Positions 9,379 through 18,502 of a stretch of 47,370 nucleotides of DNA are shown in pieces. The notes beneath the pieces were generated by a model. The model did no database searches, was not told where the DNA came from, and worked only from the letters and a program-made list of their open reading frames with translations. This DNA comes from a virus (taxonomy: Duplodnaviria > Heunggongvirae > Uroviricota > Caudoviricetes): the IMG/VR virus record IMGVR_UViG_3300028888_000003. One strand, written 5' to 3'. Both the position numbers and the translations under genes were made by a program. How positions within the stretch are numbered: position 1 is the stretch's first letter; every line of letters begins with the position of its first letter.

Positions 9379-9677
9379 CACCTATTATAGTTAAAACAAC
9401 TGATGGTGAAAATGTTACGATGCCTTTATCTGAATTTAATAAAATAGTTGAACGAATCAGTAAAGAAGCTTATGACGAAGGCTTTGAAGCAGGTTGGCAC
9501 GGTAGTTATGTATGGTATCCATCGGTATATAATCCGCCCATAATCCATTGGGATGACATCACAACTCCTTTTATTAATCCCTATGAAATTACTTGTGATA
9601 CAAAAAGTAATATGGAAACAGGTACTAAAATAAAAATCAATTCTGTAGGAGAGGTACTATTAAATGATAATGCTTGA
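9375..9677 (+). CDS. Hypothetical protein (100 aa)
   Basis: RBS GGAGG and ATGA overlap with the upstream gene. Confidence 0.7.
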   Translation: MTPIIVKTTDGENVTMPLSEFNKIVERISKEAYDEGFEAGWHGSYVWYPSVYNPPIIHWDDITTPFINPYEITCDTKSNMETGTKIKINSVGEVLLNDNA

Positions 9678-9879
9678 AAGAACTACAAAATATCGTTGCA
9701 ACTCTGAAGAGGCTGCAAAAATGGAAATTGAAAACTTCCGCGCTGACGCAAAAGAAAAAGGTTATCTGATTAAAAAAATCGGATACGAGTATAAAAATAA
9801 AAAGGCTAAAGGAGAAATTATAGATGAGGCTTGGGTACTTAGCATAACGGCCGTCTATGCAAACCTTTGGGAGATTTAA
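9664..9879 (+). CDS. Hypothetical protein (~70 aa)
   Basis: RBS GGAGAGG. Overlaps the upstream gene. Start could be 9664 or 9670. Confidence 0.7.
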   Translation: MIMLERTTKYRCNSEEAAKMEIENFRADAKEKGYLIKKIGYEYKNKKAKGEIIDEAWVLSITAVYANLWEI

Positions 9880-9893
9880 AAGGAGGAATTGAA

Positions 9894-10838
9894 ATGGCTG
9901 AAGAAAAAGATTTACAGGCTATAGCTTCTAGTATTGCAGAAACCAAACAAATGTTAGAAGATCCAGAAGCAGCCAAATTATTAGCTGAAGCTTCAGTAGC
10001 ATTAAAGGATCAATTGGGACTAGATATACCTGAAGAACTTTTAATTCAAATTGGCACCATGTTTACTTTACCCGATGAGCAATTTGAAATAATTGGTGCT
10101 GAATTTTTAAAGGCATTTGAAGGAGGATTAAATAATCTTGCTGACAAAATTGCTATGTGTCAAATGCTTAATATTTCTAATGTTAAAGCAGAAGACTTAT
10201 TAGCAGCTACTGAAGAATGGAATCGAGTAATTGATGAAGCATTTGATGAAAACTTCTCTCAACTTAAAAAAGATTTCTTAAAGAAAGTTTTTCATACGGT
10301 AGTTAATGCCGTAATGGATAGTGAAGGTATTAGTAAAAGAATTATTAATATTCCTATCGTAACAGCAGAAGGAATAGAAGTTCCTACTTATGCACGAGCT
10401 GGTGATGCAGGTATTGATATATGCGCTCCTGAAGAAATCACACTTGATCCTGGAGAGACTAAAATTATTCCGACTGGAATAAAGGTTCAATTGCCCACAG
10501 GCTATGAATTTCAAGTGCGCCCTCGCAGTGGATTATCAGCAAAATCTAAACTTAGAATAGCTAATGCTCCAGGCACAATTGATAGTGGCTATCGTGATGA
10601 AATTGGTATTATAGTAGAAAATACAGAGCCTAAAATCAAAGACATAGATTTTGAATATAATGAAGACGGTTCAATGAATATCAAATCAGTTGCCTTCGGC
10701 GCGGCAATTACTATAGAAAAAGGCCAAAGAATTGCTCAATTAGTCCTTTCAGAAGTTCCTACAGCAAAATTCATAGAAGTAACTGAGTTGAGTCTCGAAA
10801 ACGATCGAAAGGGCGGCTTTGGTAGTACTGGCGCATGA
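9894..10838 (+). CDS. dut: Trimeric dUTPase with long acidic N-terminal extension
   Basis: All five motifs present: AGIDI, RPRSGLS, PGTIDSGYRDEI, RIAQLV, RKGGFGSTG. RBS AAGGAGG favours ATG 9894. Confidence 0.92.
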   Translation: MAEEKDLQAIASSIAETKQMLEDPEAAKLLAEASVALKDQLGLDIPEELLIQIGTMFTLPDEQFEIIGAEFLKAFEGGLNNLADKIAMCQMLNISNVKAEDLLAATEEWNRVIDEAFDENFSQLKKDFLKKVFHTVVNAVMDSEGISKRIINIPIVTAEGIEVPTYARAGDAGIDICAPEEITLDPGETKIIPTGIKVQLPTGYEFQVRPRSGLSAKSKLRIANAPGTIDSGYRDEIGIIVENTEPKIKDIDFEYNEDGSMNIKSVAFGAAITIEKGQRIAQLVLSEVPTAKFIEVTELSLENDRKGGFGSTGA

Positions 10839-11572
10839 GTCGCATAAAACTCGTTGATATACAGAAAGAACTCGCATAGTATAATTGGCGAGTTCTTTCT
10901 GAAAAATATGAAAATTTAGACACTGAAATGAATTTTTTATGCGCCGAAGGACATGAAATTAATACTACTTGGAAAAAACTACGCAATCATATTGAATGTC
11001 CTATTTGTAATAAAAATGAATATAAAGTGTCTAATGATAAAATAATTCCCAAACCAAAAGGTTCATAGCGAGTATTGGGTCTTGATTAGGCTACTAAAAT
11101 TACTGGCTATTCAATTTTTGAAGATGGGAAGTTAATTAAATATGGTACTGTAAAATTAGACGGAATCAACGCAATTGACAGAGATGCTAGTTTACGCAAT
11201 TGGCTAGTAAATACTATAAAAAATTGGCAAATTGATTTTGTAGGAATGGAAGGTATTCAAATGCAAAATAATCTTGAAGGTGGCGCAAGAGTTGGCGTTA
11301 CAACCTTTGAAGCGCTCGCGCGACTTCAAGGTATTCTAATGATTACTCTCCACGACTTAAAAGTACCTTTTGAAATATGTCATACCGCAGTTTGGAGACA
11401 ATATTGCGGCGTAAAAGGAAAAACACGAACTGATAAAAAACGTTCAATGAAATTGCTTGCAAAAGAATGGTATGATGTATCAGTTACTGAAGATGAAGCA
11501 GATGCAATAGGCATAGGCAAATATTCAACTACAATCGCCTTTAAACACGATCAAATGGAAGATTGGGAATAA
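10835..11572 (+). CDS. ruvC: RuvC-like Holliday junction resolvase with N-terminal Zn ribbon (245 aa, 3 TAG=Gln)
   Basis: ATG overlaps the dut TGA. CAEGH...CPIC Zn motif. RVLGLD*ATKITGY, VGMEG and DEADAIGI RuvC motifs. TAG at 10877, 11066 and 11087. Confidence 0.88.
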
Positions 11573-11606
11573 AAAATTGAGGGCGATTTCTCGCCCTCTT
11601 TTTTTT
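11571..11606. terminator. Intrinsic terminator between convergent operons, probably bidirectional
   Basis: GAGGGCGA-TTTC-TCGCCCTC (11579-11598) followed by T8, with an A-run upstream. Confidence 0.85.
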
Positions 11607-11919
11607 AAAAACTCTCAATCTTATCTTTAATTTTCTATGCCCAATCTTGCATATGCTCATGACTAATATCCCATAAACAAGTTTCCACCATTTCTTTACC
11701 GTCAGTCTTACTAGATTTTAACCAAGTTGCGGTTTCGGAAGAAAATAATTCGTGGAATACTTTAAAATGATTCATTCTTTCACGAGCATAATTGGCTAAT
11801 TCTTTAGCAACCTTTCCATCATTGGGATTACTCTTTAATTCTAAAGCGTAATCAATGAACATTTCAGCATCTTTTAAATCATCATACATACCTTTATATA
11901 GTGCTTTAAATTTTAACAT
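11605..11919 (-). CDS. Ferritin-like four-helix small protein (104 aa, 1 TAG)
   Basis: YDDLKDAEMFIDYALELK...ERMNH helical pattern. Reading TAG 11635-11637 as Gln extends the frame to TAA 11605-11607. Confidence 0.6.
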
Positions 11920-11927
11920 GGCTAAAC

Positions 11928-12341
11928 TTACCTCACTTTTATAACGGTTACTGTAGGTAGATTAAAAGTGGCGTCGGGACCGGTGTTCTATACTGTTAGA
12001 GAAACAACGTTATTAGTTGATAAACACATATAGTTGACTTCAATTAACGTAGAGAACGAAATGGCTTGAAAATCTGTGATTGCAGTTGAAGATGTTTCGC
12101 CTTCTGCTCCCGACACGGCAATACCATTTTTAATCAATTGTACTGTAATCGGTTCATCGGTTGTCGCACTAGCCGCAGTAGCATTAAAAGTCACTTCATA
12201 GATTCCAGGATAATTTAAGGTAAATACATTAGAGCCTGGAGTATGTGAAGTAGCAACTCCACGATTAAGCTAATCGGTATCATAACTAATCATACCGTTC
12301 GTTGCTACAGATTGAGCGGAAGAGTTATAAATATTAAGCAT
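11928..12341 (-). CDS. BclA C-terminal/C1q-like beta-sandwich protein (137 aa, 2 TAG)
   Basis: RBS AAGGAGG. Sequence FTLNYPGIYEVTFNATA...VQLIKNGIAVSGA. TAG at 12270-12272 and 11988-11990, TAA at 11928. Confidence 0.55.
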
Positions 12342-12361
12342 ATAAAACTCCTCCTTTAAAA

Positions 12362-13027
12362 TTAATAGATGTTAGCGGCGCCGCCATAATTATAAGGCGT
12401 ATTAACGAGAAAAGCCGGCTGTGGAATAGGTCTTAATGCGTTAATAATTGTTGCATTCTGATCTACCTGACTTAACTGGAACTGAGTACCAAGAAGCTCT
12501 CTGTCTTTCGCTTCGAGTTTGTCTCTCAGATCTTGAATTGTATTGGCTTCAATAAGTGCGCGAGTTGCCTGTCCTTCATAATGAATAGCATTAGTAATGT
12601 CACAAGTATTTTTATAAGCTTCTGACTTAACACTATCAATGTTGCGGTTAGTCTGACAACCCAATTGCTGATTTTCAAAACGGTTCTGCATTACTTGTGT
12701 AGTTAAACCATTAAGTCCAGCAAGAAAATCATAACGAATACCATTCCAATTCGCGGTTGCGTCTCTTTCAAATCCATCAAGATTTGCAGTCAGCTCTCCA
12801 AAGTTGCGGAAAATATCTTGCATATTGTTGCCATTTACTATAGCATTTTGCAGGTCGGTTGAAGTAATTAAGTCTCTTGTAGCGTTATTACTATTTCCGA
12901 ACCAACCATTTCCGCCACCTCCAAGAAGTGCAAGCCAAACAAAATAAATAAAAGGGTTGTTTGACCATACATTGTCGTTGTCTCTGGTGAGAGCGAGTAC
13001 GTCACTAGCAGATAATCCTTCAGTCAT
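12362..13027 (-). CDS. Conserved-type phage protein with hydrophobic helix, Gly-rich linker and coiled coil (221 aa, no TAG)
   Basis: RBS GGAGG before ATG 13027. FIYFVWLALLGGGGNGWFG followed by a Gln/Asn-rich coiled coil and a PIPQPAF end. Confidence 0.75.
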   Translation of the reverse strand: MTEGLSASDVLALTRDNDNVWSNNPFIYFVWLALLGGGGNGWFGNSNNATRDLITSTDLQNAIVNGNNMQDIFRNFGELTANLDGFERDATANWNGIRYDFLAGLNGLTTQVMQNRFENQQLGCQTNRNIDSVKSEAYKNTCDITNAIHYEGQATRALIEANTIQDLRDKLEAKDRELLGTQFQLSQVDQNATIINALRPIPQPAFLVNTPYNYGGAANIY

Positions 13028-13060
13028 TTTACATTCCTCCATTTATATATTTCAAACTCC

Positions 13061-13264
13061 TTATGGAGATTGATTACGTAAAGAATTTATATAGTTTAAT
13101 CCATTTTCAATATCTTGCTATTTTATTCCTGAAAGTTGCGCTTGAGCGACTAATTGCGCGAGCATACTTTCGGGTAAATTTGCGGCCATTTGCTAAAACT
13201 AACTAAAATTAATTTGTGGAATTTGTCGTTGAAATTGAGGTTGAGGTTGATTATAATAATTCAT
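13061..13264 (-). CDS. Small Gln-rich protein (67 aa, 3 TAG)
   Basis: RBS AAAGGAGG. Sequence MNYYNQPQPQFQRQIPQINFS*F*QM..., ending in TAA. Missing from the ORF track. Confidence 0.75.
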
Positions 13265-13586
13265 GTAAGTTACCTCCTTTCTTTAGTTCTTTAACTTCTT
13301 CTTCAAGCATGGCAATACGTTTTTCATATTCACTCACATTTGCTTTTTCTGGTTCATACGGAGTAGTTTTATAAACTAAAAATACTGGACTGCCATTCTA
13401 CATAGATTTTAAGTATAAAAGATTTTCAGAAGGGCATAACGCAAGTGTAACTGTACCACTATTTGGTACATTGGCAACTTCTAAAGAGCTATTAATTATA
13501 TAAGCATTTCCCTAAGGTTGAGGAAAAAACTGTTGCTGCTGAATTGAAGTAGCTGATGGATAAGGACCATTATAAGGTATCGACAT
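13251..13586 (-). CDS. Hypothetical protein with Pro/Gln-rich N-terminus and C-terminal coiled coil (111 aa, 2 TAG)
   Basis: RBS AAAGGAGG. Sequence QQQQFFPQP*GNAY...LKSM*NGSP...EKRIAMLEEEVKEL, ending in TAA 13251. Confidence 0.75.
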
Positions 13587-13616
13587 TTTTTAAATCCTCC
13601 TTTTATTTATTCCTTC

Positions 13617-13645
13617 CATTTATAAGTAAAACTATTGAAAGTCAA
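13617..13645 (-). promoter_or_regulatory. Possible promoter of the five-gene cassette
   Basis: TTGACT at 13645-13640. The best -10 (TATAAA) has only 15-nt spacing, so it is non-canonical. Confidence 0.35.
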
Positions 13646-13658
13646 ATAAAAACAAAAG

Positions 13659-13711
13659 AAAACACGGTAGAAAAGTTCAGCATATTTGCATAAACTATAC
13701 TACCGTGTTTT
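13659..13711 (-). terminator. Long hairpin/terminator after gene 13730-14116
   Basis: Perfect 12-bp inverted repeat AAAACACGGTAG/CTACCGTGTTTT, followed on the minus strand by a T-rich tract. Confidence 0.6.
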
Positions 13712-13729
13712 TATTTATTCTGACGAATA

Positions 13730-14116
13730 TTATTCTTCAATGAAGGGAAGAAGAATTGTCATTGTATCGAGTGAAAAACTGGCATCTTCTAATCCCGCAT
13801 AAGGAATTTTATTACCTTCGATTTCTACAGAAAGACTTTCAAGTTCTCCCATCTTTTCAAAAAACTCTACTTGTTTGTCTGATTTTAATTTAAAACCTTG
13901 ACCGTTTTCAGATTGAATTAAATTGCCTTGTTCATCTAATTCTGCGCAATCTAAAACAATAGTGCGGATTTTTTCTTGATAGAATGGAAAATTGCTATCA
14001 GCCTTATCTTTGATTTTTGTAAGCGGATATACCGCCTTTAATGGAAGAGGAATTTTTTCTATCTCTGGAAGTAAATTACGTAAATCCATCAATTGTTTAA
14101 GAGTAACTTCAAACAT
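13730..14116 (-). CDS. Hypothetical phage protein (DUF1617-like pattern), no TAG
   Basis: RBS AAGGAG. The AELDEQGNLIQSENGQGFKLK...EF.EK..ELE...VEI pattern is typical of small proteins found near tail genes. Confidence 0.6.
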   Translation of the reverse strand: MFEVTLKQLMDLRNLLPEIEKIPLPLKAVYPLTKIKDKADSNFPFYQEKIRTIVLDCAELDEQGNLIQSENGQGFKLKSDKQVEFFEKMGELESLSVEIEGNKIPYAGLEDASFSLDTMTILLPFIEE

Positions 14117-14149
14117 ACCATTATCTCCTTATTATTTATTTCTATAAAT

Positions 14150-14178
14150 ATTATATCAAATTTTTTAACAAAAGTCAA
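14150..14178 (-). promoter_or_regulatory. SigmaA/sigma70-type promoter
   Basis: TTGACT-17-TATAAT with TGn extended -10. The -35 overlaps the TGA stop of the Tal gene. Confidence 0.8.
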
Positions 14179-17100
14179 ATTTCTCGTCCATTTACAATTA
14201 CTTCACCAGTACTATAGAAGGCCCAACCAGTTCCATTTTCAATACTAAAATTCTATGAGTGAATACAATTATCTTCAACTACACATCCTGCTAACTAAAA
14301 ATCATCTTTAGTTAAATTAAATCGAGTTGGATGTTCTGAGTCAAATATACTTACAGTATTAACATTTATAGTAGAATTATCATAATTGCTAATCCTACGA
14401 TTATATCCACCAATCGTTAATTCAAGATTTTGAATACTTGCGCTAATTCGTGTAAATAGATCTTCCAATTGACTCTTATAATTTTGAATTTTAATTTGAT
14501 CATTTTCTGGCTATTCTAAATCATAAGTAGCTTCAGTAACAACTACCCATTCTTTCGCGGGTCTGCCCTTGTCATCCCAACCAAAGAATTCTGTATCTTC
14601 TACAAAAGTATAATCGCCAACCTGTAATTTATAATAATTATAATTTTCATAGTCAGCCATATTAACTACATTTATATTATAGCTAATTTTGGGGAAAGCA
14701 GCCGCATGGAGCGAATCACGTGCATCTAAGTAATATAAATTATCATCAGTATAATCGTCTTTTGTCCAAGTGCTTTCGCGCAAGAAGTACGAATACTTAG
14801 AAAGAAACTCTCGCAATACCGCATTTTTTTGTTCAACTTTTGAAAACGAATTCAATTTATAGCTATCCATACTATTTTTTATATTGTTTAAGGCCATTTT
14901 CGCGGGCAGTTCTAACTTGTTAAATATATCTTTTTTCAAAAGAAGCTCATCGATTCTCTAACAATAACTATATACAGTTTTATTAAACAAGTAATTAGAT
15001 TTATTTGGATAATCTTCACCGGTACTAGCATTATAAGTATGGTATCGCTTTATTCCATCTATATCAAATTTTTCTGCTAAGTCTTCTTCATACTCATAAT
15101 CTTCATAGTCATAGTCTGGATCTTGAGAATGATCTACTGGTTCAATATAGTCGGGGAAATAGTAATACACATCTTTAGAAGCGTTAGGATTGTATTCATG
15201 TAAAGTTAAGTCTTCTGGATCAACCTTATATAATGAACCTTTTTTTAGTTCTCCTGTTGATTTACCATTATAATAGTAAATTACTGGTAATTCAATACCA
15301 TCAAGTGAAGATTTAACTCTTATATCATCACTCTCATCATCACTATCATATCCATCATCAATTGTAATAATTCTTTCATTCTTATCAATATTTAATCCTA
15401 CAAAGAACTCATAGGAAGTGGTAGATCCCATATCTTCTGGATCAGTAGTCGTTTTTACAACATAAACTTTGTCTCTAATGGGCCAAAGTCCACCTATATT
15501 CCAACCATTTTCCATATTGATATAAAATTCATCACCACAGTTCTTAATCATTTTAATGTAGCGTTCTATGTTCTCCTGCGCCGACTGCGCGCCAAGGTAG
15601 TAAGTTTCCCATTCAGCCCTTGCACGATCATAAGCGGTGGTCGTGCGCACGTATAAGTCAGTTGCTTCTTCATTTTCTTGGTTTAATTTTTTGATTCTTG
15701 GGAAATAACCATTTTGCTCATCATACAGATCTCTAGTCAATTCAGTTTTATCAAGCAACCCCTAACGAACATAATATCCAAAATCAATTATAAAGTTATC
15801 TCTTGTCGGATTATCTTGTGCGCGAGCGATAGAACAAAACTTATTTGTAGCAAATTCATTATTGTTGTTCTTTACTATAACTTTAGTAGAGAAATTTGTA
15901 TTGTCTTCAGTGCGCTGAATTGATTTTATATTAATACCATATTTAAAACCAGACCAATTTGGAGTATCATTCAAATAATTTTTAAAACAAACCCATTTTG
16001 AAGGTTTCTTAATTACCGAAATTGCCGCATTTTCATTGTAATCACGATAATATAATCTTAATTTACAATAAAAATAGTCTGGGTGCGGATATGTACCATA
16101 GCCAACTAAACTAATCCTATAAACATACTCCGTATCAAAGTTCTTAATTTCTTCCCATGAATATTCATTAGTGGTTAAAATCCATTCATTTTGCGCGGAG
16201 GTTGCTTCGTCATTATGGCTAAGGAACTGATCAAAATCTTCAAACCAATCTAATTCTTTTAATGGCTCGCCTGTAATATCTGTGACTTGTTCCCATTTAT
16301 AATAACGTTCTTTACTAGCTAATTTTAAGCCACTATTATTATAAAAGTAACCTTCTTCATTAGTTGAACCAGGCGAGTAAAAAACTTCTTCACCAGTTTT
16401 CATATTATAGAAATGATCATCATATAATATATTTCCATCGGAGTCGCGCGCAACAACGTACTGGGCCCAACATTCAAACGTCTTCGTTAGATTGGAAAGG
16501 AGAGTATAATAATTTGATTCTTTACCATTAATGCTACCAACTTTTTCAAAGTTATTATTATAAATTGGTCTATATTTACCTTCCATTTCTGCGGCTGTCA
16601 ATCTATCTACTGGTCTAGAAAAACCACTTGAAGATTCCAAAGGCTTAAGGGTATCTTCATAGATATAATAGTAAGTTTCTAAAAGTTCTTGAGCAATACC
16701 GTCTTTATCCCCTTCAGGAACTAATGGACTTACTCTACCAGGATAGATTAATTTTTCTTCTTTATCAAGTTCTTTTCTGAAGAACATTACTTCAAAAATT
16801 TTAACTTCTTTTTCAGTATTGAAAACCGCACCTAATTTATAATCCAATCCATAATTTTCAGTAATGTCTTCAATTGTAACTGTCGGTTTAAGTTCCATAT
16901 AATCAAATATTTTTTTCTTCTTTTTATCATACGGATCGGTTACAGTAAACTATCCGTCAGCAAAGAACTAAACATAATCACCATTTGATCCAAAAACAAC
17001 ACCTTCGTTTTTACCTTCCATATCGCTATACATAGTAATAGAATTTCTATCACTATTATTATACTTATAAAAGCCAGCTTTAAAACCAATCTCTCCAGTT

Positions 17101-18488
17101 TCAGTACTAACATTATAATCAGTTTTATAATTAAATGGATCGGTATAACCAGATGTAGGTTCTAATGTATCATTATATCCTTCTGTATGATTAAGAATTG
17201 CAAGAATAAAAGTGTCAGATTGTCTTAATTCCTTAATCTAAGTCCTATATCCATGCAAACCTTTGTTTAAAAATTCACCGTTTGCTTTAATATAGCTTAC
17301 ATATGGTGAATATGTAGGATATGGCATTACTTCTAAAAGTAAATGAGGTACACTTTTAGGCTAACCAACTCCGTCCTCTGCATCATATAACTAAACCCAG
17401 TCATATAACGAAGTCATATTAGAAGGATTAGAAAAATAGTTTTGAACTAAAACTGGAGACAAATAATTTGTTTCACTATACCCATAATATCCTGGAGTCC
17501 AAGTACCATTAATATTCTTCTCATAGTAAGTAATAGCCTTTCTCAAATCATAGTCATATCCCGTCTTTGGCGATTTTACCACTCGTCTTCCACGATAATC
17601 TGATAATGCTAAATTTTGGACGGCCGCCTACAACGTACTTCTCGTAGCAACATAGTTATAACTATTTACAATTGTTCCATCTGCGTTCAATTCTGGTTCA
17701 ACGTTGCCGCAATATAAGAAGCCAATTTCATCAGTAGGTTTGGTTTTTTCAACCCAATCATTATAAAAGATATAAATTGTACCATCTGTTATATCTTTCA
17801 TACTCAAATCTTTAACTTCGTGAATATAATAAGCGTCTGGTAAATAATCACTTCTTTTACTAAAGTTACTTTGACTAAGTGTAATTTGAGCAGAATATAA
17901 TGCGTCTTCAAGACTTTGTATAATTAAATCAGATTTTAAGCCTGTTCTTGTATCAAGTTCTTGCGGCGCCACGCGCCAGTCCGAGCCTTTAAGAATCGCA
18001 GTGCCGAGTTCTTGAACTGTACCCATATTATTTTCTAACTCAGTATTAAGTTCAGCATTAAAACCACTCTTACCAAGCTCAATTATATTTGCGTCTTCTG
18101 CAGTATAGTTATAAACTGTTCCTTCTGAGTTTTTCTAAATTTTAGTAATAATTAAGTCATAGTATTTATTATCAAGTTTCAGTTCAATCAAACTATCATT
18201 TTGAATTATATTAATCAAAGGATTATATAAATATTCTCCACTCGTATAGTCAAGATACTAATAGTATAAGTTAAATGTAAGAGTTTTCTTACCATTTACA
18301 TTAATCGTAAATTTTGGTGAGCATGCATCAATTGGACTTTTATATTTATTAGTTCCAATCATAGCAAGTTTTTCTTGTTTAAAGTAACTAACTTGTTTTA
18401 CTCCTGCGGGAATACCATCATAGTCGGTGGAGAGTTCATATTTATAAACTGAAATTTCATAATCTTTTTTGCCATATTCTAAATTCAT
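14175..18488 (-). CDS. Baseplate hub/Tal-like large tail protein (1437 aa, 13 TAG by manual count)
   Basis: Six track ORFs share one frame and are separated only by TAG. ELGKSGF...ELENNMGTVQELG...DW near the N-terminus and IKIQNYKSQLEDLFTRISA near the C-terminus. Lies after Dit. TGA stop. Confidence 0.75.
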
Positions 18489-18502
18489 TACTCTCCACCA
18501 CC

